NCBI GenBank assembly: GCA_951406725.2
Contig: OX597818.1
Span: 19,468,001 to 19,532,000 of the forward strand
Source: Octopus vulgaris
Lineage: Eukaryota
Length of the DNA: 64,000 nt
Reading direction: 5' to 3'
In this document: positions 44,173-57,290 of the stretch, piece by piece
How the letters are laid out: every line of letters begins with the position of its first letter
How positions within the stretch are numbered: the stretch's first letter is position 1
Made by a program: the position numbers and the translations under genes
Notes under the pieces: generated by a model
Told to the model about the DNA's origin: nothing
Databases searched by the model: none
The model's input: the letters and a program-made list of their open reading frames with translations, nothing else

Positions 44173-45558
44173 TGACCAAGGTTAAATAATAATTGTTACT
44201 TATTTTATCGATTCTAAGGAATCTCCGACGGGACTTGAATTAAGAACATAACAAGACGAGAGTAAATACTATAAGATGCTTACGCCGGCACTCTACTGCT
44301 TCAGTCTGATTACAGTATCTCATCACTGGTTATTTTATCGACCACCAAGAGATGAAAGGCAAGGTCGGCGCAGGTGGAATTTCTCTTTGGAACGTAGAGG
44401 AACGAAATTAGATAAGGTAAATCATTTCGCCCGACATTCTACTGTTCCTGGCACTCCACCGACTAACCAGGTCAACAGCACACATACTTCCTGGGTTTTG
44501 CATTTGAAAAAAATCCCAACTCGGTTTAAACATCTGTTATCTCGCTGGCATCGTCTATCAAGTACAGTTACCTCAAAGGCAATATGTTTCTCCATTGTCT
44601 CAGATATTTTACAGGAAATATATATTTACAAAATGAGATCTTCGCCTATTTCTGGGAATTTTATGTTACCTGTGCCATTCCAGAATAGTGATTTTATGTT
44701 TGTTTTTGCTTTTGCTTTCCACAAGGCAGAATGCCAACGCTCGCTGGGAAGGATGTACAGTCGAGTGAACCAACATTAGTAATACGTCTGGTACTTATTT
44801 TATTGACTCCAGTGATTAAATGCAAATTTAATCCCAGTGGGATTGACTCGCAGCATCTAGCGAGATAAAAACTAATATTGATGATATAGCAGTAAATTTG
44901 TTTTCATATTGCATAGGAGATAATAATGACCATAGAAATCTATGGGGAAATGCGTCTCGTATAAAGGGGTTTTCGTTACCGCAAGATTTTCTGGAACACA
45001 ACATTTCCGTAACGCGGAGCATGCCTATAATGGATACGATAAAAGAGACAAAGATAGAAATCCGGAAGGAGAGAGTGTGTGTGCTTATGTGTGTTTGCAT
45101 GTTTTTGCGTTTTAGTGTGCGTGTGCATCTGTGCGTGATTAGGGGAAATTTGATTGCTATTTCTTCCAAGTTGCGCGACGAGATTCTCTCGTTACGTTGC
45201 CAGCCTAAACTGTAACTAATCGTATAAAAGAGGAAATAAATACCTGAAATGGGTTCGGGTTTGGCGGGATGGTTAAGAAACTTGCTTCCTAACTATGTGG
45301 ACTTGGGTTCAGTCTCACCTTGGCCAAGTATTTTTCACTATAGCCTGAGTTTGACCCAAAGTCTTGTGAGTGAAACAAGCCTGTCGTATATATATATGTG
45401 TGTGTGTGTGTGTGTTTGTGTAGATATGGTGCCATTATGTTTGTGTTTGTCCCCTACCACAGCTTGACAACTGGTGTTGGTTTGTTTACAACTCCCATAA
45501 TTTAGGGTTTCGGCAAAAGACCAATAAAATTACTACCAGGCTTTAGAAAATAAGTACT

Positions 45559-46240
45559 AAGGTTGTCTTGTTCCAAATGGTTTCATATTTGTGAAATGAT
45601 GTAGTTTTGTATGGTAATCATTGACATGAAATTCATTTTCGCCATAAATCAATAAATAAAGAGTTGATAACTTTTAAAGTTTACAAATTTTAGGTAATTT
45701 TAGTCATTCGAAAGACATAGACATATAGGTGCCTCTTTCCACAGTAACAAGCCAAGCTGTTACCAAGCTGCTTACCCATGTGGTCATTTTTTGCTTATTA
45801 AATGCTTTAAAACACATGAAGTATGGGGTGGTTGTGAGGTGTGCAAAAAATAATAGCCGAATACGTCTTAAATCACGCACGAAAATTGTTTTGGGGGTTT
45901 TTTGTCTGTTCTTTTTTGCATAATTGTATGAATTACCGTGTGTAGAATACAAATCCGCAAAAATTTTCAGAAAATTCCAAAAAATAAAATAATTATGAGG
46001 AGGTATATGGCGTGCATGGAGCAGAATTCTGCCAATTTGTTTACAGATGACAACACATGCAGTCACGCACAAAATGACAGCTTCCAAATCAAACTTTAAA
46101 TCTCTGCTACTTTTTGTTTTTAAATCTTTTTTCTGGAAAAAGTGAATCAGCCTCTGAGATTCAGCATGGAAAACTACATCAATACACCAAATTGAAAAAT
46201 TTTAACTAAGGTGTAACCAAACAGAAAAGATCCCGCCTTA
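45559..46240. mobile_element. Possible non-autonomous DNA transposon
   Basis: Imperfect inverted ends (AGGTTGTCTTGTTCCAAATGGTTTCA / TGTAACCAAACAGAAAAGATCCCGCCT); it truncates the SINE tail at ~45558; no clean TSD. Confidence 0.3.
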
Positions 46241-47533
46241 CATTCATGTGACATCTTGACATTGATACTAAAATACGGACTTTGAGAAGAACAGGGGCCA
46301 TAGCTGCAGAATTTCCCATTTTGTATTATGCGTGTGGTTCATGAAATTAATATTATTATTTTTGAAGGGAAGAGGAATACAATTCCAATGAATTTATTTA
46401 TTCATCTTTGCCTTGAATGCATCACTGAACCATTGTAAAACAAGCGTTTAAGATTTTATTCTACTTCTACTGCATAATTCAAATTTTATTCTGCTTGTGC
46501 AGCGTCGTTGTATAAACTAGTGTATAGTTTATACACTTTCCTTATATGCTTCAGACTGGCTGACTCAACCTGATGTTGAAAGCGACACGAGTGCTGCAAC
46601 AACGGCGAAATACGTATATGTTGCTCTCGGTCTCTCTGGGCGATTTTATTTTGCCTAACTCTGAAGTATATTTTGCTTTTTAACAGAATACGTCTATAAT
46701 GGAATTTTTACACAATGAAAATTGCGGCTTCTCTTCAACTATTCACATGCGTTATGTTGTATAGATAAACACTTCTACAGAAATTTAGTTGGATATGCAA
46801 TAAAACAAAACGTATCTGCAATATTGATTTTTACTGAAGTTTTTGTTTAATATAATACGTATATGTTAGTGAAATTATAATATGTATATGTTAGTGAAAT
46901 TTTATTATTTTGTTTTGATTACATTACAAATAACGTTCTTGTGGGTACCCATTCAAATTCTCTACCACTGTTGCATACTCCATTTTCTCTCTCCTTTTTC
47001 TTATTTACCCTGATTACTTTCACATACAACACTTTCTCTCCTTCTCGTTCTCTCTCTCTCTCTCTCTTTCTCTCTCTCCTTCTCTCTCTTTCGCTCGCTC
47101 GCTCGCTCTTCTATACGATCACATTTCCCTCATTTTTACATATCGAGAGCGTTGCATATAGATAACAGCTATTCGACAAATCAATCTAAATCACAAGGCT
47201 TTCAGTGTTATGTGAATGAGCTACGATTAACAAACATTATGGTAGATCAATTTATTTGTATCAAGCTCTACATCTGATATACTAAACAATATATTCCATC
47301 GCTTTAATTTAAAATTTATTCTCAGCCCATTTTCCGCCGGCATTATGAATGTTTTTGAGTTACGATAACATTGTTTCGTTTTTATTTCGTATATTATCAG
47401 ATATTTTTTCCGGCCTGTGATTACCAGTTATTTTACCCAAAATATTAAATGACTTTTCATTCTTATCAGAATCGTTGAAGCTTTTATTATTTTTGTCTTT
47501 TTAAACTATTTACTATTTGTATTAAATAAATAA

Positions 47534-49709
47534 CACAATGTAACACATATTTTGTTTATTTGTATTTTTTAATGTTCATATATGCATTTTTTGCCACTAA
47601 AGTCACATTTGTTTTGACGTAACATCGATAGTTATTTATTCCTAATTTCATATTTGCCCGCTATATTTGTAACTTTTCTGTACAGCACTTTGTTGGTTCA
47701 ATCTATTCTAGTATTGTAAGGATAATTACACAACATTATAGTACTTTTTCATATATTGAAAGGTAATTAGAAAGTATAATATTAGTTAGAACAAAATGAA
47801 ACAATAAAACTCTTCACTGTAAATGCCTTGATAACTATTTTCTTAAGATGAGAAGTGCTTTGACGATCGGGATTTTCTGGAGTGTATACCTTCATCTCCT
47901 CTGACTAGAGACCATATATAATCTCCATCATAGCAGTATCCCATCGTCCTTGTTATCTTCTTTCTATTGTTGTGATGTCCTGATGAAATCTCTCACTTTG
48001 CTCCTCACTGACATCGCTCAAGTTTTCAGGGAAAAAATCTAGGTAAGAGTGCAAAAAATTAACCTTTAAGGACATACGACAACCCATTTTCTTGACGTTT
48101 TCAATAAGCTTTGCTACCAGCTGTTTGTAATTAGGATCCTTGTGATTTCCTAGGAATCCACGAACTAGATCACGAAATGCACACCAAGCTTCTTTTTCAA
48201 CTTTTGTCATCGCTCTTTCCAGTTTCTTCGACTTTAACATTGCATTTACTTGGGTCCCAAAACATATACCACCCTTGATCTTAGCCACAGATAGCTTTGG
48301 AAACAGAAGACAAATTTCTTGAAAAGCTTCTCCGCTAAAATCTAAGGCCTTCACAAACTGAGTTTGATATGAAGTGAAGGTAATGAGATTTTGTTGGAAT
48401 CTACTAGAGGCTGTTTGAGAACATTTAACATTCCTGGCTGCAGTTCCACTCGTGGGGGTCAATGTACTCTCTTGTAATGATCATCATCAAGCTCTGCTGT
48501 CCCATAAGCAAGGGAAACATGAATACTTTGTGTATCCCCCTTGCAAGCCAAGCAAGAAGGCAAGCATCTTGAAATCACCACAAACATCCCATTTGAACTC
48601 AGCGTAATTTATTTTGTCGAGAAGTTCTTTGACATTATCGTAATTTTCTTTCTTCTGTATGGAGTGTGCAAGAGGCGAAGAAGGATATTTATTTCCATTA
48701 AGGAGTAACACTGCTTTGAGATTTCGTGTTGAGCTATCTATGAACAGTCACCATTCTGCAGAATCATGCTTGAGTCCAATAGCAGTAAAGAAACCAATCA
48801 CATCTTTACAATAACACATTAATATTTTCATAGTAAATTTCAAATTCTTTATGGCTTGCAATCTTCCCTCAGTAGATTCCATACCTTCAACCTTGATGAA
48901 AGAAGTTCAGCTCCTAACTTAGTAAGACTCAGATCCCTGATTAAATCATCTAGCTCACTCTGATTTGGAAAGTGAGGCTCCGAAGTCTTTCTTGGTACGA
49001 AAGCTTCCTCCATTTCTTGGCTGCTGCTACTTGTTGACTCTTCAGATGAAATATTTTCTGGTGGTAGTGGTATTCGTAAACTGTCATCATGTGGGACAGG
49101 TGCTTTAGATGATGGTATGTCTGGATACTGAAATGCTTGTCTTCCTTTCACTTTTCTGTACTTTGTCACAGCGATCATACAAAAGTAACAGTCATCGTGA
49201 TGGTTCTTTGGCTCTCTCTATACCCTTGGAATGGCAAAAGGCACTGACCTTCCTGTACCTCTTAACCATCTTTCTAGTGTAGATCGACAGCTTCCACATA
49301 TCACATGTGGGGCCCATGGTTTGTCCTGGTCACCCTTGGGCATTCCAAAATAGAGTCTGTACGCTATCCACAATTTGGCACATTTCATGATCTTATGTAA
49401 TACCTGCTTTTTTCCAATATAATAGCCACACACATAGCAAAATGTATCTGGATAACTTTTACATACTCTAGTAGCCATCCTGAAAGTAGCAGAACTTAGT
49501 AATTGGTCTGAAAGAGAAAATTAGACATACATTTAGTAGGGGAACATTATAATAATACTGAATATATGATAACATTGAAAGTCGACATATATTTTTAACT
49601 GTTGATGATACACAAAAAGCAAAATTCATTTTTGGAATCAGCAGAAAAAATGAATTGATAAACAATAAAAAAATACAATAAACAATTTTTTTTTAATTGT
49701 TACGTTGTG
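47534..49709 (-). mobile_element. Chapaev3-type (CMC superfamily) DNA transposon, full length, decayed
   Basis: TIRs CACAATGTAACA (47534) and TGTTACGTTGTG (49709), TAA duplicated on both sides, with transposase fragments inside. Confidence 0.85.
47880..49478 (-). pseudogene. Chapaev3-type transposase pseudogene
   Basis: Collinear fragments CKSYPDTFCYVCG, GDQDKPWAPHVICGSC, VCGDFKMLAFLLGLQGGYTKYSCFPCLWDSRA and MSLKVNFLHSYLDFFPENLSDVSEEQSERFHQDI, broken by several stops and frameshifts. Confidence 0.9.
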
Positions 49710-49740
49710 TAATGCTTCCGGTTAACTACAAGATTTTAAA

Positions 49741-49770
49741 TTTCTCTCCTTTTTTTTTCTTTCTTTACAG
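49741..49770 (+). promoter_or_regulatory. 3' splice site of the sHSP coding exon
   Basis: Long polypyrimidine tract ending TTTACAG, 30 nt before the ATG; an in-frame TGA at 49777 shows the leader is untranslated in this frame. Confidence 0.8.
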
Positions 49771-49800
49771 TGTTTCTGAAGCATCTTTGAATTCATCAAA

Positions 49801-50748
49801 ATGTCGACACGAATTCCTATTTTCAAAGACGATTTAAGCTTTGAAGATCGTCAATCTAAAGTTTGGGAAGACATGACCAGAGACATGGACAGACGCCGCC
49901 GAGAATGGGAAAATGAAATTGAAAATGTTCGCAAGGGTTTCTTCTCTTTAAAACCCAATGGTAAGTTTGATAACATCGCAAGTCGATTAGGAGATGTTGA
50001 TTTTGGAGTTGGGAGCAGTATTGCTTCCGGCATAAAACCAAGTGTATGCGGAGACTTTGACGATGCTACAGGTATTATTGAGAAAGATGCTAACGGGAGA
50101 CCTGTCTTCAAAGTACGCTTTGATGTCCGAGATTTCAAACCAGAGGAAGTCAATGTCAAAATGGACGCCGATAAAATGCAAGTCCATGCTAAACATGAAT
50201 CGAAGACAGGAGGGTCTTCAGTGTCTCGTGAGTACTCTCGATCTGTAAATATACCCAAAGATATCGACCCAATGAATTTACAATGCACGATGTCGAATGA
50301 CGGTATACTGAGTATCGAAGCACCATTACCTCTACCCGAATATGCAGCCCTAAACGATTCGCCAAGCAGAGGATCGACTGGTGGTGCTATGTCGCCACCG
50401 CCAAACTCGGCTGCTCACTCGACGTCGATCAACAACAGTGCCACACGTCCAGTCATTGAAGAGAAAAAATATAAAGATGAAATCGATATTGAAGATTATA
50501 AGCCGGAAGAGATCACTGTTAAGACACTAGACAAGAAGTTGGTAATAACTGCTCGTCGCGAAGAGAAAATCGGTAACCGCACTACAACTAAAAACATGAG
50601 CAAAGAATCTACCATACCTGACAATGTCGATCCACTCTCTGTAAAAGCGTTCTTTGCTGAAAACGGTCGTCTGCTTATAGAAGCTATCTATAAATCTGAT
50701 GCTCGCTGCGGAAGTCCCCTTACCCGTACAGATGCCCACCACACATGA
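49801..50748 (+). CDS. Small heat-shock protein with two alpha-crystallin (HSP20) domains, p40/major egg antigen-like
   Basis: Intact 315-aa ORF with AAAATG context. Domain 1: FKVRFDVRDFKPEEVNVK...HAKHE...SREYSRSVNIP...SNDGILSIEAP. Domain 2: IDIEDYKPEEITVK...IPDNVDP...ENGRLLIEA. An S/P/T-rich linker joins them. Confidence 0.93.
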   Translation: MSTRIPIFKDDLSFEDRQSKVWEDMTRDMDRRRREWENEIENVRKGFFSLKPNGKFDNIASRLGDVDFGVGSSIASGIKPSVCGDFDDATGIIEKDANGRPVFKVRFDVRDFKPEEVNVKMDADKMQVHAKHESKTGGSSVSREYSRSVNIPKDIDPMNLQCTMSNDGILSIEAPLPLPEYAALNDSPSRGSTGGAMSPPPNSAAHSTSINNSATRPVIEEKKYKDEIDIEDYKPEEITVKTLDKKLVITARREEKIGNRTTTKNMSKESTIPDNVDPLSVKAFFAENGRLLIEAIYKSDARCGSPLTRTDAHHT

Positions 50749-51107
50749 TTGCCACTATAAACAGTTCACATGTGTTTCAATCGACAATTATGTATTAAAA
50801 TTAAAAAAAAAAAGATGGTAAAAAATGGTAAAACAAAAATAAATCAAGAAGAAACGGAATCGTAATATTGTTTCTGTCAAATAATGATTTTTTTCTTAAC
50901 AACATGACGGCCGCTCTCTGCTCGACTGGAAGACAATTTTTGTTGCCGTCCATTAATTTTTTTTATTTATTTATTTCTTTATCTCTTCTATCGAAGCTGA
51001 TGAATATTTGTTGTATTTTTGTTCCACAGAAATTATATGCAACCGAACCCTCTTTTTTCGTTTTCTTTTCTTCTTATTTGAACTCTGAGTCTTAATATTA
51101 CCATTAC

Positions 51108-51187
<80 letters not shown>

Positions 51188-51359
51188 GATTTATCATTAT
51201 TTATAACTGTCAATGTCATATACTATTTATAATTAATTTAATTATCATTATTGTTATTAAACATTACTAATGATATTATGATTATTATTCTTATTACTAA
51301 TTTTATTCTTAATATCTATTGCCATTAGTATACTAGCCTTGTGCCTGTGTAAGAAATTG

Positions 51360-51407
<48 letters not shown>

Positions 51408-51659
51408 TTATTACAATAAAGGAATAATAACTGATTTTTTTCCACTGTGTTTTAATGGCTGTTATTTCCTTTTCTGTTAAATCTATTATTTTTGGTAAAG
51501 AGAAAGTTTCAAGAAGATTTTATAATATGCAAATAATATTTTTTAGAATTCAACATGAACAGAGACCAGGTCTTGTAAGATGAACATATATATTATTCAC
51601 CTGATTATGAAACAATATTTTATTTAAGATTCGCTTGTTATTTAATTATAATTACTTTA

Positions 51660-51665
51660 AATAAA
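51660..51665 (+). terminator. Candidate polyadenylation signal of the sHSP gene
   Basis: AATAAA followed by a U/GU-rich tract after a ~900-nt AU-rich 3' region. Other AATAAA hexamers occur near 50838 and 51415. Confidence 0.4.
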
Positions 51666-51804
51666 CATTCATTTATCAGTCTTTGTTCTGGACTTCTTGC
51701 TTGGAATGAAATTTAGCTTTAAACAGCATACAAATAGGTGCCAGCAACCAAAAGAGAGCAATAAAAATAACAATTAGTATTATTGTTAACCTAATATATT
51801 TTTT

Positions 51805-52845
51805 TATTTGCCATTATTTATCACAGTGGTCGGAGAGGCAGGCACATGCCAACCGACAGCTTGATGGAGCGCTGGGCGGAAGGGCCTGTTAAGTTGCTGG
51901 GGGTCTGGTTTGGTCGCGATCTCTAAGTGGACAAGAACTGGGGCGAGGTGACAAACAGGGTGTCCAGTCTCACCCAGAAATGGGCCGAGAGAAAGCTGTT
52001 CCTGAAAGGTTGGGCTGAGGTGGTGAAAGCATACATCGCATCTGTCATATACTGTCGTCCCTTGCCCCGCTTCGTGGATGAACGAGCTGGTGCGTTTGCT
52101 CTTCCGCTTCCTGTGGTAGGGAGAGGTACTGCTTGTCAGACGGTCCATTTGTTGTCAGTACCTGTTGCGTGGAAGACTGGGTATGCCGTGGCTGAGGATG
52201 CGCAGACATGCACTGAGGCTGCGACATCTCCAGCGATACCTGAAAGGTGAGCAGGTATGGTCGCCATTCTGTTGAATGCACTTTTCCGCAGCTGGTCTCC
52301 TTGACGGAGCTACAGTCCTGGATCAGGCGTAGACCAAGGCAGGGCGCTTGGCACCTAGAGTGCCTCCAACCGCTCACAGTCGTCGGGCAATACGGTCGGT
52401 GGAAGTTTCACCTTGGAGTTCTGTAGGGGATTAGTGGAGGGCAAGAGCGGCGACGCACTCGGAGAGGTCCTGGGCGTCGACGGCGATCAACTTGCTGGTC
52501 TCTTCGGGAGAACTTTCAAGCCAGGAACTAAGGATAACTTCCAGAAATCCCTGGCCTGACAGTGCTACCGGAGGTGGGTGGGTATATAAGCTCAACAGAC
52601 ATGGGTGTGTAGTCAGTCGATCTTGTCTGAATTGCACGCGAAGCGATAAAACCGTTCTGCATGCTCTCGTACAGTGTCCGCATTGTGAAGATCGCTCCGC
52701 CTCCTTCCTTTGGCCGAGAAGGGAGTGGAATTTTTCACTGTCTGATGGCTATGGCAAAAGAGGATGTGTGGTAGACGCGATTGAAAGGGTTGAAGACGGG
52801 TACCTTCCTCTTTGGCCAAGGCCTCATTGATTTTTTTCAGGTTCC
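51805..52845 (+). mobile_element. L1/Tx1-type LINE ORF2 3' fragment (pseudogene)
   Basis: GC-rich island; DKNWGEVTNRV...KWAERKLFLKGWAEV post-RT motif and a CLNC...TVLHALVQCP zinc knuckle; frameshifted. Confidence 0.8.
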
Positions 52846-52846
52846 A

Positions 52847-54155
52847 CCCTAACCCTAAATTCTAACACTAAATACTAAACTTAACCCTAAATACTAACCC
52901 AACTCCTAAACCCCTAACTCTAAACCTTAACCTAACTTTAACCCTAAATCCTAATACTAAATTGTAACCATAAACTTTACACTTATTCCCAAACCCTAAG
53001 CATAACCCTAATCCTAATCCTAACCATAAACCCTGACCCCTAACTTTAATCCCAACCCAGATCGGATCATTTCACAACATAGACTAAAAATACCATGGTA
53101 GACTGCACATTAACGAGGCACCTAATTACCAATTATCATGATACATATTTTCCCTCTTTAATGACTACGTAGTATTTCTCCAATCATTGGCTGATGTCGT
53201 TTCTCTTTATGATGTCATATCTATCATATTATGATGTCATGTCAATCTACTGAATAACTAATTGTTGCTGTCGTTTTCATATTAACTTGTCAATTGAGTG
53301 ACTAGCCTTTTGATGTCTCAGCATGAAACCGTCAGTCAGTCATTCTGGTGGATAATGACAAAATGCATTGCTATTAATTATTACTATGTAAGAACTTCAT
53401 TTTGTTTTCCCGCTTAATTTTTTATAATTACCGGTACTGCTTTAGCATGCAATCTCGGTTTATCCCTAACCATAACCCTAAACCCTAACCCAAAACACTA
53501 ACCATAACCTAAGCTTCTAGCATAAATCTTGAACCCTAATCATTACCCTAAATTCTAACCCTAAACCCTAACTCTAACCGTAGTCACTAACCTAACTCCA
53601 ATTCTAAATCCTAATCTTAAATTCTAATCCTAAACCTTAACCGTATCCCTAAACATTAACCCTAACCCTAAACACTAACGCTAAACCATAACCCCAAACC
53701 ATAACCCTTAAACCCTAACCATAAACCCTGATCCTAAGCCCTAATCTAACTCTAACCCTAAACCCTAATACTAAACTATAACCATAAACTTTAACCCTAT
53801 CCCTAAATCCTAACCCTGACCCTAGAAACTAACCCTGAAACCAACCCAGATCAGATCATTTCACTACGTCGACTAAGAATACTGCGGTAGACTGCATGCT
53901 AAAAGCAGCACCTAATTTACCAATCGTCATGATATGTATTTTCCCTCTTTAATTACTACATAGTATTTCTCCAGACATTGAGTGATGTTGTTTCTCTTTA
54001 TGATGTCATATTTATCAAATTATGATGTCATGTCGTCAACGTAGTGAATAATTACTTGTTGCCGCCGTTATCATATAAAGTTGTCAATTGGTTAACTAGT
54101 TAGTATCTTGAAGTCTCAACATAAAGACGTCAGTTATTCATTCTGGTGGATGATG
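52847..54155. repeat. Two tandem units of a degenerate (CCCTAA)n array plus a ~300-bp shared spacer
   Basis: Arrays at ~52847-53058 and ~53463-53847, each followed by cagatc.gatcatttcac...cattctggtggat.atga. Confidence 0.85.
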
Positions 54156-54800
54156 AATGGCACTGGTATTTAAGAACTAATTACTCAGTCGGCTGAATAG
54201 CAGGCAACATGATGCTTTACTCTAATTATATGGTGCTCACCTATTGACTTTAGATACTTTATGTTGGTATCACGGTATTAATTTGAGAATCGTTTGAACA
54301 GCATATAGACGGCGCTATCAGTTACTCAGTCGGTTGAATAACATTTATATAATATTACTATTATGATTTCATATCGCTAAAGAGTTGAACAGCAAGTGAT
54401 TTAACATTACTGAAAAAGTTCTCCTGTCTGTTCAATGGCTACTTCATGTTGCTATTATAGTAATCAGGTAAGTAAACGAATCACTATGGTATCAAATCGC
54501 CGCCTAAATAACCAATGAGGGCCTCTATATGCACTAACTCAGCCTATGAGAAATAGCTACCAAATCTCACTCAATTCATACCTGGTTTTAAAAAACAAAG
54601 CATGAATGGGACGGAAAATCAAGGAATTCTCGAACGCAGGAAGGCTGTGAAGACAGCTTAGAAAATGCGTGTGTGTGTGTGTGTGTGTGTAAATCAGCAC
54701 CAACATTGCTAGAAATAAGTGTCAAAACAACTCTTAGCCACGGACAAGCACTTATCTAATGGCTGACCAGAGTGACAAGCTCCCTACAGCAAGTACGAAA

Positions 54801-54850
54801 GAGTCAGATCATCGATGATTTCGCTTTTGATTAATCCTCATCGGTGACCC
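54801..54850 (-). ncRNA. Candidate type I hammerhead ribozyme (variant core)
   Basis: Minus strand: gggtca-CCGATGA-g...c-GAAA-tcatcgatga-TC-tgactc. Stems I and III can pair; the core has U4->C and stem II is weak. Confidence 0.45.
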
Positions 54851-54997
54851 TTACTAATTTCCCGAGAACTAAACCACCTCGCCTTATCAGTTTATAGAAA
54901 ATACTGTAGGAGTCAGTGACGGATTCCGTAAAATGGTAAAGTGAAAAATATAAATCAACAAGGAGGCTATTGGCAATTTACAACCAAAAGGCACTAG

Positions 54998-55114
54998 TAC
55001 AATCGTCACTATTGTAAGTCAGAACTAACATTGCTAGAAATAAGAATCAAGACAACTGTTATTTCTAGCAATGCAGGGGCTGACTTGCACCCTTAGTCAC
55101 TTTAGTGACGATTG

Positions 55115-55116
<2 letters not shown>
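54998..55116. repeat. Nested inverted repeat (MITE-like)
   Basis: Three arm pairs: tacaatcgtcacta/tagtgacgattgta, tgtaagtcag/ctgacttgca and cattgctagaaataa/ttatttctagcaatg. Confidence 0.8.
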
Positions 55117-55176
<60 letters not shown>

Positions 55177-56264
55177 GAGAGAGAGAGAGAAATGTGTGTG
55201 TGTGTGTTGATGATCTCATTTGGTGATAACCACCAAATTGATATGCTTGGGTTGTTTGATGCCGAGTATTTGTTGTTTCCTGTTGGCCAAGGGCCGAGTG
55301 GTTAGGGTGCTTGACTCACGATCATAAGGTTGTGAGTTCAACTCCTACATCGGGGGGTGTGGTGTGTCTTTGAGCAAGGCACTTCTTTTCATGCTGTTCC
55401 AGTTTACTCATCTGTAAATGAAAACCAGCCAGCTGCTGGTGTATGCTTCTCTCCACTCCAGCTGTTTGTTACATGCTGGATGTTCCACCAGGTCAGGGTT
55501 AAGGTGACCAAGAGTGGATATCTAAGTCTTCTCACGATAACATTGTCACCTAAAACAATTAGCGAAAGCATGTTACATGTTACCAAACCATACTCGCTCA
55601 CAAGTGAAGGGTTGGCTCTACTATTTTCTTATATGTTGTCTTATAATAACTCATTGAATCAGATGGAGAAGGCCTCTAACTAAATTTTTAAAAACGCAGT
55701 CCACTCACAGAGGTGAGATGTAAAAGAAGGTACTGGAATCGGAATGATGATGAGATATATGAGACCCCCTTCGGTCATGACTGACCGTGGGATTGTACCT
55801 AGAAAGTTACACTCCCAGGCACAACTCCGGGCAAGGTTGTTTATGGAAGACCAGCAGTTGCCCATGCATACCGGCCTCCCCTTTCCACGCCACCAGTGTT
55901 TTTAAGAGACAGGTACCATCTACCCGAGGGGTTTCGCTGTATTTTCCCGTCTACCGAAATTTCACTCTCAAGGCTCGGGTCGTTCCCGAAGCTATGGGAG
56001 AAGATACTTTCCCAAGATACCACACAGTTGCAACGAATCCGTGACCTCGTGGACGTTGATAGAGCTGCTTCTTAAACATTTGGCTGTACCGTGTCTACGC
56101 TTGAGTACATAACATTCGAAATGCCAATCACAGGGGTCTTGTATATCTATTTGGCTCTATAACAATACTTTGTCGCTAGTCGCAGATGGCACATATCAAG
56201 TTTATTGATTTATTGGGAGCCAACTCCGGTAAGGTACTGCACCCTGCTTTCTTTTATTATTTTA

Positions 56265-57290
<1,026 letters not shown>

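Noticed and set aside
44276-45215. 167-aa and ~110-aa ORFs
   Set aside because: The first starts within decayed SINE sequence; none shows recognisable motifs or splice support.
49851-50742. Antisense and alternate-frame ORFs over the sHSP gene
   Set aside because: Shadow ORFs of the real CDS.
52847-54155. True telomere or CRISPR-like array
   Set aside because: The repeats are degenerate and internal, and the spacers are homologous to each other rather than unique.
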